From: Chrysomallon squamiferum
Lineage: Eukaryota > Animalia > Mollusca
Length of the DNA: 64,000 nucleotides
Direction of reading: 5' to 3'
Assembly: GCA_012295275.1 (NCBI GenBank)
Contig: CM022670.1
Location: 22,444,001 to 22,508,000 of the forward strand
The notes beneath the pieces were generated by a model. The model was not told where the DNA came from, ran no database searches, and saw only the letters and a list, made by a program, of their open reading frames with translations. Shown piece by piece: positions 11,301-25,551 of the stretch. Each line of letters begins with the position of its first letter. Positions within the stretch are counted from its first letter, which is position 1. The position numbers were made by a program, and so were the translations under genes.

Positions 11301-12202
11301 ATAAGTTATTTTTCAAAAGCCACAAGATATATTACAATCAGATAAAAAAAAAATGAGAAAAATATGTTATTTTCGCTCTAACTGTAAAGCAATTTAATCA
11401 AAAACTATGTTACATGTTCATGTACAACTGTTGTGTCATAACCGTTCAACCAGACGCTGATTATTTAAATTTACGCCATGGAGCACTCGACAGATATTTT
11501 CAGAAACTGATAACACAATATCAGATAAATAACCTTAGGTATCCAATTTTAATACAGAAAGGTTTCAGGCAAGATCTAACCTCGATTGAGGCAAAATATC
11601 TCCTAGCTAAGATAATGGTTTTCGCTGGGTTTTATCTGCCAGTATATTTGGAGGAAAAGAGAGAGAAAACAACAGTAGCAAAATTCGCTGAATGTTGAAA
11701 GAGATCTTATAAATGTTATTATTTGATTTAAAAAAAATGTATATTACTATTATTATTTATCTGTTCAAAAAAAAAAAAAAGAAAAAAAAGAAAGAAAGAA
11801 AAAGAATTATAACAATTTTTTTTTTCGAAAAAACAAAATACACCCTTCACAAAAACAAAACAACAACAAAGAAAGAAACTATGTCAACCCAACAACATAG
11901 AGAAAACCTGTTCCGACGGAACATTTTTCCTAATAATAATATTAAATAAACAAATAAATAATAATAACGGGTGATTCTTCTAAAATCTCTGCAGATTTGA
12001 ACATATATGGATATTTCAGAATGACATTCCAAAGTTGATTAGCCCTAAGGATATAACTGGGATATAAATCATAAAGATCAACCTTCGAGATTTCTAAAAA
12101 TTTCAGAGTTTTCCTGAGGGATACATGTCTTTACGTTGTTAATATGCGTATATTTCTTATAAAAATCTCTGTATATTTATGACTGGAAAAGAAAAGTTAT
12201 AA

Positions 12203-12323
<121 letters not shown>

Positions 12324-12945
12324 TATCCATACGTGCATAAACAAATATCATTTCAAAAGATAAATCTAAGCATAGAACTTATTATTGTTACTGCTATTGT
12401 TGTTAGTGCCCGTTGCCAAAGAAACACAGTATCAATATTCTTCTAACCACAATTACTTTGCGACAGATCGTAATCTATGAAAAGTATCAGTAGCGTCTTT
12501 AAATCCAGCGACGTCAAAACCTCTAGTTACCAAGATTTTGCATTTAGTGCCTAATGAACCTCAAATGCGGGTTAAATTCAGTCTGATGAGTAAACATCTA
12601 TTTCTTTCATAACAAAGTCTCGAGTCTCTAGGAATACGGATTTAATATGCTTCAGTGATTCAGATAATTCTGACATCATCAGTGGAGTCGGGTTCGCTGA
12701 TGACATTGCAGGTTAACTGCTATTTAGTATCAATGTCGTTGTCTATCTGGCTCTTGTATCTCTGCCTGTCCTTATTTTTCTTGTTTTCTGTTCAGTTTGT
12801 TTTGCTCTTTTTCTTTCTCACTTGACCGACCCATGAGTGTCTATTCTTTTAGTCACGTTTTTCTCTCTGTCTTTGTTTCTTTCTTTCCACATCTGTCTGT
12901 CTCAATGTCTATCTCTATATTTTTTGTTTTTGTGTTTTTCTTTGC

Positions 12946-13014
<69 letters not shown>

Positions 13015-16000
13015 GTTCCCAGTTCTGAATTTTGCCTGACTCATTATCTTTGTCCTCACACACGCAGAGAGAATTAATTACTGTGTGGGCTAACATAATT
13101 TTTGGATACTGTGATGAGATGTTTGAAAAGTTCTGGTGTACTTTAAACAAATGAAAATATTAATTATCTACCTTTTATAAATTACATGTTTTCCTTGTTA
13201 ATTAAATATACCCGTACATGAATTTATTTGTTTTTTTTTTTCTTTTATGAATGGTTGAAAAAAAAAAAGAAATACACAAAACAAAAGACATTATTATAAC
13301 GGACAAAAAAGAATATAAAAGGAAAATAGGATAGCATGGTCTTTTTCGCGATTTATTATCGATTAGTTATTGTCGTCTGTAGTGTGGGTGTGAACCCCAC
13401 TGTTTGCTAATGACTTGTAATAAAAATAAATATAATATCACACTCTGTATACAGTGAAAGGATAATGAAAAAAAAAAAAAAAAACACAGATAAAAAAAAA
13501 CTCGCTCAACATCAAAGTATTTGGGAGACCTTTTCTTTAAGCAGAAAATTAGATAATTCCGTGTATTTTCCCGTTCATAATAACCTCGATGTACGAAAAG
13601 CACATTACTAAGCTGTGATTATGAATTTCCTTTTTGTTCTACAAAATGTCGGCCTGTCTGAGCTTTTTATCTGATAAAATGTTGTTGGCTAGTAGCCAAC
13701 ATCACCCAGTCTTAGGTAATTCTTCAGTCGTAAACTTACAGAATAGAAATAAAGCTTCCATAAACCATACAGCTGTTAGAGATTCTTATTATATTTTTAA
13801 AATTCTATTCATTTTAACACACATATATATGTATATATATATATAAAAAAAAAAATCCAGTTGTGTATGTATGGGTCTATACATGTATGTATGTGTGCAT
13901 GTGTGTGCATGTGTGTGCATGTGTGACCATCGACCATTTAACTTTTATTTATCCTTTTTGTTAAAAAAAACAACAAAGAAAAATGAAAAATGAAAGCGAA
14001 CAAAAATGATGATCTTGTACTGGAAGAAGAAATTATTTTTGTTAGAAAAACTTGAAACAGCCAATATAGAGAAAGATTTATAAATAATTAATATTATTGC
14101 TGTTGTTTTTAATATTGTTGTTAGTATTATTATTATGTAGTAAATTAACACAAACTATTTTATTTAAGCATCAAACCATGAACTAACACGTATTGCTCAT
14201 GCTTAACAGTGTTCACGCTGCTCATTTGTGTTAAGTATACCTTTAATTACAACTTGAACATAGCATTCGCCTTTTCAGTCTTCTAAAAGGTGAAATGAAA
14301 CATAAAAAAAAACAAAAAAAAAAAAAAACCAAAACCCAAAAACATAAAGAACAAAAACAACCACCAAAACCACGAAGAAAAAAATAAATTAGGCTGCGCA
14401 ATAATCAAGGGTTTGTCAGATTATTACAAGGTTTCTCAGTCCACTCCATAACCAGATTTCAGATCGCTTGGGTCTAATCCGTCACCGAATTTCTGACTTT
14501 ATTTCTTTCTCTCGAACTTACTCTCGAGACAGGTGATGCTGAACGGCTCGGTTACGGTTTGGTCATGAGCTGTTTCTCCTGTTGTTACACTTACAAGATT
14601 ATAATTATTTTTCCTCTTGAATCTTTACCCATTCGTTCAGCTGAATGCATCAAGAATCACATTTATCTTCACCATCGACGATTTTGGCCCAGCAACATCG
14701 GCTAGATCTGATAAAAACAGAAACATTACGTAAGCCAAGGTTGAAAACGTGCATCCCATTTGGAAAGGTTTATCTCTAACCTTTAACATTTAAACTGTCC
14801 ATGAAATAATCGTCCTATCTTCATTTTTAAATGACTTACATGAAGATACAAATCTAACCGGGCTGAACTGCAATAAAATAGCTTTTAAAGTAACATGCAT
14901 TAGTACCAGGATTTGAATAAATCATTGTAACCATCGTCGTCGTTTTCGTCATTGTCGACGTCATGATATCTGTGTGTGTGCGTGTGTGTGTGTGTGTGTG
15001 TGTAATGGTATGTTGGGGTTGCACAGCATTACCGTTTTTAAACCGAACAATTTAGAAACAAATTGAAGGGAATGTTTGGTGCCATTTAAATGCTTTTTAG
15101 AAAATAACATGCTGCATATTCTAAACAGAAATAAACAAAAAAATTCTGTTTGTTCAGCAGTTATAAACTATTATTCCCCAAACGAGGATCGCGCTTATCT
15201 CATGTCTGATGCTATCCCATCCACTGATTTTAGATAACACGTGCAGTTTTAACCCACATTTAGTGTATAGAATGAACAAACATTTTGGTGAATTGTACAA
15301 AATATTTAATATTTTAATATTTTTAAGATCGCTCATATGAAATTTGAATGCAGCAATACTGTTATTCAGTTTAGATGAGCCATGAACTAACAGTGGTTAA
15401 GATTTTAAACCAGTTATTAGTTCACTAATTAACAAATAACGAACAGCAGTATGTTGAAATGAATTGTAAATTAATTTTAACTGATACAAAAGAATAGTCT
15501 CATTTATAAAATAGCGAACATAGATGAATTAATCGAAAAACAGAAAAAGATCTTAAACCAGCAGCGAAGCCACGGTATCTCATACGAAGAAGACGCCATC
15601 ATGATGGTGAATGTAACTTACAAAATGAAATAAGTTTCATTAGAAAAAAAAAAAGGAGAAAAAAAAATAAAAAAAAAACCCTATCAAACCCTCCCACCCC
15701 CCAAAAAAACCCAACAACAACAAAAAAAAACCTAACGCAAAACAGACGCTCTGGTCAACAGAAAAAAAAAGAAGAACCTTCCCCACCTATATCACGAATA
15801 TACGAACGCTTCACTGTTGTTTGAAATATGTGTTAACAGGAAGACATTAGAAATTTTTCTTACTGAACTTGTTATTGATCGTGATGTGAGGATCAAGTTC
15901 TGTGAAATTTCACATGTGATTTTTGTCTACGACAGATCTGATAAGCTCGGCGCTCCGAGTCTCCCCGGTAACGCGTTCGTCACACGGCGACCTAGACGTT

Positions 16001-16494
16001 GTTCCGTGCTGCTCTCCGACTCGTGCAGCTCAGGTGGCTTACTGCTGCAAATCTCATCAACTCCACGACTCACCCGGTTATGATGCAGTCTACGTACGAG
16101 AAGTATTAGATGACGACATCCATATTGTTGCATTATCTAATTAGTTTAAAAAAATATATATTCTGCATAAAATGTAAATCAGGTCATTAAAAAGATATAT
16201 ATATATTTAAAGAATAAAATGTTTATATTTCTGGAAAATGAGTTAAAATATGACGTTTTTTTTTTTTTTTTGTTGTTGTTTTTCAAAATAGATTTTAAAA
16301 AGCGCAATTTCCCTTTTTCGGTAAATCTGTGCATTACCTTAGAAGAATCCCTTATCAGACATACTTGAGAAGAGAAGTTTTCGGGTTTCAGAACACTACA
16401 AGTGTGATGTGCCAGAGTATAAGACCCTAGGCGGTTTCGTGACGGAGTCCCGTAAGCAAATACATATAAAGGTATAACTTTAAAAAGAAAAACA

Positions 16495-16526
<32 letters not shown>

Positions 16527-17253
16527 AAAGAAGAGAAAAGTTTAGAAAAAAAAGAAAAGAAAAAAGCAATAAATAAAGAATCATTACTCTCCAGAAACAA
16601 AAAATAATTAAAAAAAAAAAAATCTAGAATGCAGGTGATGCTTTTCTTGCATTCTGGGAAGTAAATTTTAAATGATTCTTTACCTTAAAATATGTCAAAT
16701 TTTATAAAGTTCACACCGTTGGACTATTTTATTTTAATTTATTCTTATTATTCTTATTATTTTTTTTTTTTTTTTTTTTTCACACAAACGGACGGACCTT
16801 GGCACACTAAGGCGTTTGCGTACACACCCCTCGCACCTATCTCCTGCGTACAGGCCTGCAATCCCCAATATTTTAAAAGAGGTATTAGTGTAAACTGCCT
16901 GATGGAATTGCGGGGATTGCAACATTTCTAAAGAAAACAAATCCTCATCCAGCGTTTCAAAAATTTGAAACTGTACATTACACAGCCGATGTTTTCTGTT
17001 TTTAGATGATTATCTGTGTTTTTCATATCAGTGGTTGTCGAACTGGGTTTTCACCTCTCAGTAAAAGGATACTACGGTGTGAATGATCCATGTTGCTTTT
17101 TAAAAGAAGTATATTATTATTACCAGCAAGCAGTGATGTCTTCTTATTACGGAATACGCCTGGGTCCGTTGCTGATGCAAGATGTGTGGGTTGTTTGTGG
17201 CGTCAGCAAAACAAAAGTTGGTAATCAAATCGGTTTGTCAACAGGACAGGACA

Positions 17254-17335
<82 letters not shown>

Positions 17336-17639
17336 AAAAACAAACCAAAAAATATAATCAAATAAAAAAAAATAATAATAATAATAATAACACATTTAAA
17401 AAAAAAATCAGTAAATCTAATTTTGGATTAATTTTCGAATATGGACAAAAGTAAAAAGAAAGAAAGAAAGAAAGAGAAATAAATAAATAAACAAAAAAGA
17501 TGAAGAAATATAAACAATAGTACTCTATATTTTTATATTAAAAACTGAATAATTTTATGCTATGTCGTTCATATTAAAAAGATTAGCATCTTGAAGCGTT
17601 TATCATATAACGTGGTTTTATATACTAATAAAACATTTT

Positions 17640-17890
17640 TTCAGCATCTGGTGTTATTTGCGTGGACTTTTATACTAGTCCAGGAGGCCCACCCCCGAAA
17701 CAATTAGCTTTGGCATTTGATGGGTTACAAATTGCCGGCATTCCCAAAACACCTGGTATGTAGTGTCATGTTGTAGCTCTTGAGAACACTGACATAGATA
17801 CACAACATCGTGTCAGATGAAGAGGATGCACGTGCTGCAGCCAATGCAAAGTCGTGTCTTGCCTGGAGGGGTTTGTTTTATAGAAGATCG
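17640..17890 (+). promoter_or_regulatory. Probable promoter of TCF23/24-like gene
   Basis: E-boxes CATCTG (17645), CACCTG (17750), CAGATG (17814) and CACGTG (17829), CCAAT (17841) and TATA-like TATAGAA (17879), ~320 bp upstream of the ATG. Confidence 0.5.
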
Positions 17891-18202
17891 TTACTGAAGA
17901 GAAAATCGTTTATTTTCAAACACAGAACAAAACCAGAGAAACAAGAAAAGATTTACGGATTCATACTGAACTAGCAGAAAAACGATTTTTAAAATTTATG
18001 TTTCCAAATTTATGTTTATAAGCTTAGTTATTAATTGGCAATACGGTTCACATTCGGGACATACATCAGTCATTCTGAGGAATAATTAAAGAAGAGCAGG
18101 AAAGGAATGTCATTTTATTTAAAACATGAAGAAATACGAGTATCTAAGTCATCCTTGTCAATAATTATAAAAGACTGTCTGATTTAAAACTCTTGTATTG
18201 CA

Positions 18203-18562
18203 ATGGGTCGTGTTTGTTGTCCTGAGAAACGCCTGTCATCACAATGTTTGTTTCCCGACAAAAGCCGCAACGCACCATCAAAATCACGAAGTGCCACCCC
18301 GGAGCAGACGTTGCCGTTTTCAGCCAGACGTCGCGGACACACCACGAACAACGCTGCCAGGGAACGATCCAGAGTGAAGACGTTGCGATCAGCGTTTTTA
18401 GAGCTTCAGAAGTCGTTGCCTGCAGTTCCGCCGGACACGAAACTGTCCAAACTGGATGTCCTCGTTTTGGCTACGACCTACATATCCCATCTGATGAAAA
18501 CACTGAATTTTATTGAATTTTCGCAAGTTTCAGAGAAGAATGGTACATTGCACCCAGTAAAG
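18203..18562 (+). CDS. TCF24: bHLH transcription factor TCF23/TCF24 (MyoRb family), exon 1
   Basis: [48 protein letters not shown] is the TCF23/24 bHLH. The exon ends LHPVK at donor AAG|GTAAGA (18563): 120 codons, phase 0. Confidence 0.93.
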
Positions 18563-18702
18563 GTAAGAACAGCAAACGAAGAATAAGATAAAGAATAAAT
18601 AAATTTTAATCTGGTTCAACATTATTATTTTTTTTTTTCAATCCAATAAGAAAACAAAATAAGTTAATTAATTAAAAAAAAAAAAAAAATAATAAAATAA
18701 AA

Positions 18703-18737
<35 letters not shown>

Positions 18738-19156
18738 CAACAACAACATTAAATTAAAAAAGTAATAATAAATAAATAAATAATAATAATATTAAAAATG
18801 TCTGCATTTTACCAGTGAATTTTTATATTTATTCTTTACTCTTTTTTTTTAATTTTTTTTATCTATTATGATTTTAAAATGTAATGGTTTATGTAATGTT
18901 TTAGAAAAGAAAGAAAATGTAATGTAAAAAGATTAATAAACAGAAGGAGTTGTATTGGTTTTTGTTTTGCGATTTTCTTTAGGAATCTGTATTATAATTT
19001 TAATATTTAAAATAAATCTGAAATTAACTACTGTTATATAAAACAAAATGAAGTTTAAATACTAAAATTATATTATTATATTTTTAATTGGAAAATAACG
19101 AATATTAATATTGTTTTTATTATTTTACTTTCTTTCTTTCTTTCTTCTTCTTCTTT

Positions 19157-19221
19157 TTATTATTATTATTATAATTATTATTATTATTATTATTATTAAT
19201 ATTATTATTATTATCATCATC

Positions 19222-19311
<90 letters not shown>
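19157..19311. repeat. (ATT/ATC)n microsatellite in the TCF23/24 intron (representative of many AAT/ATT runs)
   Basis: Read directly; source of the poly-I and poly-Y ORFs. Confidence 0.95.
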
Positions 19312-19510
19312 TGCAGTAGAAGCATCAGCAACAGCATTATTTATTTATTTATTTTTATTTTTATTTTTGTTGAAGTTATCTGCATGCGCTAATTCTGATA
19401 TTCAGTTGTAAATGAAAATACATTTTTTGATAAATATTTCTGTATCCAGTATCATTTAATAATATATATTCTGATAATGTTGGGGATTTTTTTTTGTTTT
19501 TTTCTTTCAG

Positions 19511-19624
19511 AAATGGCCTATGAGAAGCAGACTGTATGCAGGGATTGTAGCCAATGCTAAAACGCCGACATCAAACACGACAGAGAATGAATTTAACTGG
19601 AAGCGTTTTCCCAGTTCATCTTAA
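19511..19624 (+). CDS. TCF24: TCF23/TCF24 exon 2 (not in ORF track)
   Basis: Acceptor ttttctttcAG at 19509-19510. Encodes KWPMRSRLYAGIVANAKTPTSNTTENEFNWKRFPSSS*, completing the family motif LHPVKKWPMRSRLY. Total 157 aa. AATAAA at 19773. Confidence 0.93.
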   Translation, partial: KWPMRSRLYAGIVANAKTPTSNTTENEFNWKRFPSSS

Positions 19625-20099
19625 CAGCTGTTTCACAAAGCCACAGCAACGTGTTCAACAAACAGCAATCATGTAAAAAAGACAAAGAAAAAAAAAAAAA
19701 AACATTTTTATGATGAATTTATAATGAATGTTGCAATATTCAAATTATAAATGTACATGTAGTATGAAAAGCAATAAAAAGAAAATGAAATTTGTATTAA
19801 AAGTGAGATGTGTTCGCAACTGAAACAAATAATAAATAAAACAAAAACACACACACACACATACACACAGACAGACAATTAAACAAACAAACAAATAAAT
19901 AAATCTGAAAAATAGTAATCTGATTTACGTATTAACTTCATTAGATAAATTTAGTGTGTGTGTGTGTGTGTATATATATATTTGACAATGATTTATTATC
20001 ATAAGTTTCCGTGATATAGTAGAATGGCGTTTTTGTTTGTTTTGTTTTTTCTTTCTTTTACTTCTCATGTGAAACATCAGCACAACATAATAATAATAT

Positions 20100-20168
<69 letters not shown>

Positions 20169-20831
20169 TGAAATAATTTAAAAAATAATAATTCATAAAC
20201 ATTTGAAGGTGTACTGTTGTATGCCGTTTGACATTTCAGATTATGCTACTGAATGGACTGGCTGAATTGTTTACTTGTAAGAGAATACCTTAATCAATTA
20301 CATTTTAACAAAAGGCAAGAACGTTTTTAAAAATCATTAAAATGTACCAATGTTTGTCAAAGTCGTGATAATAAATAAATAAATTTTAAAGAGAAAAAAG
20401 AAATAGTGTATTATATTCTTGTATTTACAACTTCTATAAAAAAAAGTGCACGTGAAACTGAAAAATAAACTTTCATCAGTATCATTAAATTTTAAACATA
20501 TATATATATTTTTTTCTTTTTAATTAGTTTTTAAAAAATTCATAATAGTTAGTTTGTGATTTTTTCTCCATGTGTTTGTTTCGGAAACACCGCCCCGGGC
20601 CTGCCACGTGGATTCTCCTTTGTTACTGGTAGACTTATTACCTTTGTTTTCACTGTTACAACTCGAGAACTTGCTGTTGTAGAAGGAAGTGCCCGCTGGC
20701 TAAGACATATTAAGTGTGCTACAATACAAGACTTGTTTATTCGGAATAGTTATTATGATATGACTTGTCTCTACACTGAGTGTGTGGGTTGTATTTTTAA
20801 ATTTTTAAATTTTATTATTATTTTATGGTTG

Positions 20832-20862
<31 letters not shown>

Positions 20863-21200
20863 TGTTGTATTTTTAAAAATATTAGTCATGAGACATTGTG
20901 CTCAGGCAAAAAAAAAAAAAAAAAATGACTTTCATAAATACATTTCTGTAAATGTCATGTTATTTCTTTTTATTTTTAATAAATTTATTTGTTTACATGA
21001 CAGTAGACAATACCCAGTTACTCAGTCCTGTGGGAAAAAAAATAAATAATAAAAAATAGAAAATAAAGAGAACCGTAAATCTATTGATCATGTAGTTGTG
21101 TAATTACTTTTGTTGTTTCTTCACTGACAAATCCGGTTTTAAAATACTTCTTGTCTTTAACAGAGTAGCTGTGTGATAGAAATATGTAACCGAGCACACA

Positions 21201-21280
<80 letters not shown>

Positions 21281-21425
21281 TTTTATATAATTTTTACTTT
21301 AATTGTTTCTAGTTTTCTTGCAAAAATAAATAAATAAATCAATAAAATGATATACATGGTCATGGTTCTTGATAATCAAGTAGCAGTTATGTCCCCTTTT
21401 CTATATAAATTAACTACGTCCAGAC

Positions 21426-21844
21426 CAAGGGTGCGCAACCTGCGGATGTCGCCTGATCACATTGAACATTCATTTGAATTATAACGAGGCTGCGTGTCAG
21501 TATAAACACTCATACACCAAATTTCCCATGACTGTCAGATACCGTACACAACACGGCGTCCAGTATTCATATTTAGATCTGACTGTTTTAAAGTTGTTAC
21601 TTAATAAAAGTAATATATAAAATTAATAACTGTTATTTTGACTTTAATGGGAATAAGAGAGCTGAAGTAAGTTCTCATGGGAACATGTAAACGAACCCAT
21701 TATTTATATGCAGCATTTTAAGTCACAGTGGTTGACTGATAGAAAATTATGGAAAATCATTCATGTTACGCTTTCAGATTTTGCGTAATCACAGTGATAT
21801 TAAAGCGCTGCGGACTGTAAGATCAGAAAATCTGCCCACCCCTG
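21426..21844. mobile_element. Non-autonomous hAT-type DNA transposon (MITE), decayed
   Basis: Imperfect TIRs CAAGGGTGCGCAACC ... TCTGCCCACCCCTG (CAGGGGTGGGCA type), flanked by 8-bp GTCCAGAC / GTGCAGAT (6/8 match), consistent with an aged hAT TSD. Confidence 0.65.
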
Positions 21845-22274
21845 GTGCAGATTCTGGAGCATGTATCTACCTGGACTGCGGTGTCTAGGGAAATTTAAAA
21901 AACAAACGAACAAAAAAATAAGAATAAAAATATATAAATCAACAAAACAAACAAAGCCCTCCACCCAAAAACCAAAAAAAAAAAAAAAAACAATCATAAA
22001 TTTAAATAATTAAAACATCACATTATAACTTAATATCCTTTCTATTACCATTTTTCCATATTCTCTTTTTATAATATTCACGTAATTTATTTCCTTTTCT
22101 TTATGCATTCCGTTCATTTCATAAATACGTTACTTTAAAAGTCAGGACAGTAAAACGATAAATATTATAATCACAAACTATGAATATCTTCTTGAACTTG
22201 AGCTTTATCCAAACTTGACAGTCTTGACGTGAAAACATAAACTTTTGGCAACACTTATGTATGAGTAATTATTA

Positions 22275-22333
<59 letters not shown>

Positions 22334-22336
22334 TAA

Positions 22337-22368
<32 letters not shown>

Positions 22369-23921
22369 CAATAATTCACTACTTCCACTGCTACTAACAC
22401 GTTCTCCACTTTCACAATATTACTTTTTGATACAAAAACGAGATTATAAAACTTGGTTTGTTTTCTCTGTATTAAATACTGGCACCAAAATTAAAACAGT
22501 CATATTTATTAATTCCCTGTATGTTAAATAATGTTGTAATTTAATATTTTTCACTTGTGAATAGTAATGACAGAAGTAATAGTAGTAGTGGTAACGGTGG
22601 GGCCATGAAGCTCTGTAGTAGAGAACCTTCGCAACAGGGTCTGTTTTCACTGGGACTGTTCCATGGCAGATAACCATATTTAAGATTTTTATTAAAATTG
22701 CAGTACTGGATTATTTCACATGATACGGTTACTGAACTAAAATGTCCTACGTATTACAGTTTTCAAGTTACGGTTGTTTAAAATGATGCATCACAGAGTG
22801 GTGAAATAAAAACATAGAAAAGACAACGGTCAATAATTGAGAAACACTACAGTAACACTACACAGTGACTATTTATCCCCAAAACTTCACCGTTCTGTGT
22901 AGTAACGGTCCAGCGCTACAACTGTTAAACACCGTGGACTGTTATTGTGTCTCTACGGGATTAGGTGCCCTGAAGCTTCATTTGTTTCATAGCAGATTTC
23001 TCTCCATCAGCAGTAGTCGTAGCTGTAATAGTAACAGAAACTCGTAAAAATGAAACTTTTTTTAAAAAAATCACCATTATTTTGTTAATTTGTTTAATGA
23101 AATAACACGCGAGTCGTCGAATCTGTTCACTTTTAAGAGGAAGGAAAATAAGCGGAATCTTAAAAGGAAATTCTGTCTTGCGATAACATAATCTTTGACA
23201 TCTTTCTTCCAAAACAAATTACCTCTGGCAACACGACATTTACGTTTTTCTTTGCAAACGGTTTTCTCCTGTTACGTGCAATCTTTTATTCCGGTGTTTG
23301 AGTCGAGCGTAGGGTTTCGACCCCAACTCACACAAGTCGCAGAGAACGCCCTTCATTCTGTCTGTGTATACGTCTAAAACAGGTTTAGAAAAGACAAGCG
23401 AGAGGAAAACAAATACTCCACTGAACAACCATTCTCCCTTAAGCGTGGTTACCTCGGCCCTTATCTACCTCCGAGTATCGCCAATAAATATTTATACCCA
23501 GCAGCACTTCTGCTCTCAAAGTCGCACGTGCGAAAACACGCGGATAGATGGCATTGGTGCAGGGGAGATAATCCCTGGGGACATGCAGATAGTGTGCGCT
23601 CGTCTTTTGCAAATAATACTGAAAACGATAAAGATATTTTTGTTTCAATAACAAACAAGAGTTTCACATGAAAGGATTAAATGGATCATTATTTTGTATG
23701 AAATCGTTTCTGCGGCAGTTTGCTTCCACTGGTTTTTTTTATGTTTTAAGAGAAATATTACAGGGTGGAGCGGTATTAAAAATACCAAACTAACTTGAAT
23801 CTGGAAATTAATGTAAATGGGTGGGGCTGCAAAAATTCTGCAATTTTTCTGTGGATTTCTAAAAACATAAAACTAGCTATATAAATTCCAAGTAATCGCA
23901 TCAAGCTAAAATCCACATATC

Positions 23922-23956
<35 letters not shown>

Positions 23957-25379
23957 GATTGTACTAAACTAATGTGGTCAAGTAAAAACCTTTTTGAAAC
24001 ATGTAAATTTCAGACTAATTATAATAAGTTTTAGGTAATAGTAGAAAATGGCCTTTGCATTGAAATTCCTTAAACATATTCAGTTATAATGTCTTCATCA
24101 TCACCATCATCATCACAGCTATTCTGTCTGATTAAATTGTATTGCTATGTTCGAATGATGATAATGATTATCTTCATAATAAAATAATAAGTAATTTTAA
24201 TCAAGAATTAATTTTTTACTATATATATATATATAAAAATACCCTAATTCTGACGATGTTGAATCCAGGACTATGTAAAGTGTCATGTTTGTTAAAATGA
24301 TCGAATTGTAACGAAAATATTTTTTACCCCTTTTTTCGTTTCTGAACTGCTTTAACATAATTTAATACATACAAACCAATTTTAGCACAAATATTTATAA
24401 ATTGGTGAAACTACGGCACATTTCACGTTTTTTATATTTAGAACAATTAATGGTTTTGTAATAAACTTCTTTTGTCAAATGATAAGAGTATTTTAATTTT
24501 ATTATTATTAGAAAAAATAAAATATATTTATTTTATTTTATTTTATTTTATTTTATTTTATTTTATTTATTTATTTATTATTAGATATCCATTTTTTTTT
24601 AAAAAAATTTTATTATTATTATTAATCGGTATGTGCTGAACAACGTGCAATAAACAAACTATGCTTACAGCCTTTATCAATAATGACAAAATCATTATTT
24701 CAGAATGCTACAAAACAGCACGATAAGGCAATTTTTTAACAGTAAATTAATTAGCAGCACTTAGCCCGATTGGCTAAAAAGAAAAATGCTCGACTCGAAT
24801 ATTATTTCCGATACCGAGAAATGTAATTTCAAGCAAAAAGTTAAAAGAACAATATTTTTAAAAATAATATCTAAAAAAAAAAAAAAAAAAAATGGACGAA
24901 AAAACCCACAAAAAAACAAACATTTTTAACTAATGAACCTTAAAAAAGTGTTTGTATATCCATATTGATTACTTTGCTGATTGAAGCGGCAATTAAATTA
25001 AAAATTAATTAATTGGCTCGCTGTGAACACATTAGCGGTTTCAGCGCACATACAGACGGGAGAAACTCCGCACAGCGTGCTCTACAGAGTGATTAAACTG
25101 TTCCTCGAACGCGCGTCTGCATCTACGTAGTCGTGAATTACGAGGCGGAGCACGGGCTCGGGATAACCCGGGACTTGATCGCAGGACATTTCGTTGATAA
25201 GACTGGGGCGGGAACCTATTTAAAGGTTGAAGAATGTTCATTAAGATTTGAAATAATAATCAGTGTCTTCTGGGGTATAATAACACGACACTTTCCATTA
25301 ATCCTGCATAACGGTGAAATACAGTCGACATGCGTTATCTTGTCACTAGCCATAAAGCATTTCCTTTCTTTAGCCGTTC

Positions 25380-25413
<34 letters not shown>

Positions 25414-25493
25414 CTTTGTATATAAACAAGGATAAATTTAGATGCTTATTCTAAAGAAATGTATCTTGTCACTCTGTCGTTCTTGTTTTCGTG

Positions 25494-25550
<57 letters not shown>

Positions 25551-25551
<1 letters not shown>

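Noticed and set aside
11414-11698. 94-aa non-repetitive ORF
   Set aside because: No recognisable domain or flanking splice structure; the length is compatible with chance.
18563-18586. ORF-track C-terminus VRTANEE of the TCF23/24 gene
   Set aside because: Read-through past the GTAAGA donor; the conserved KWPMRSRLY exon lies at 19511.
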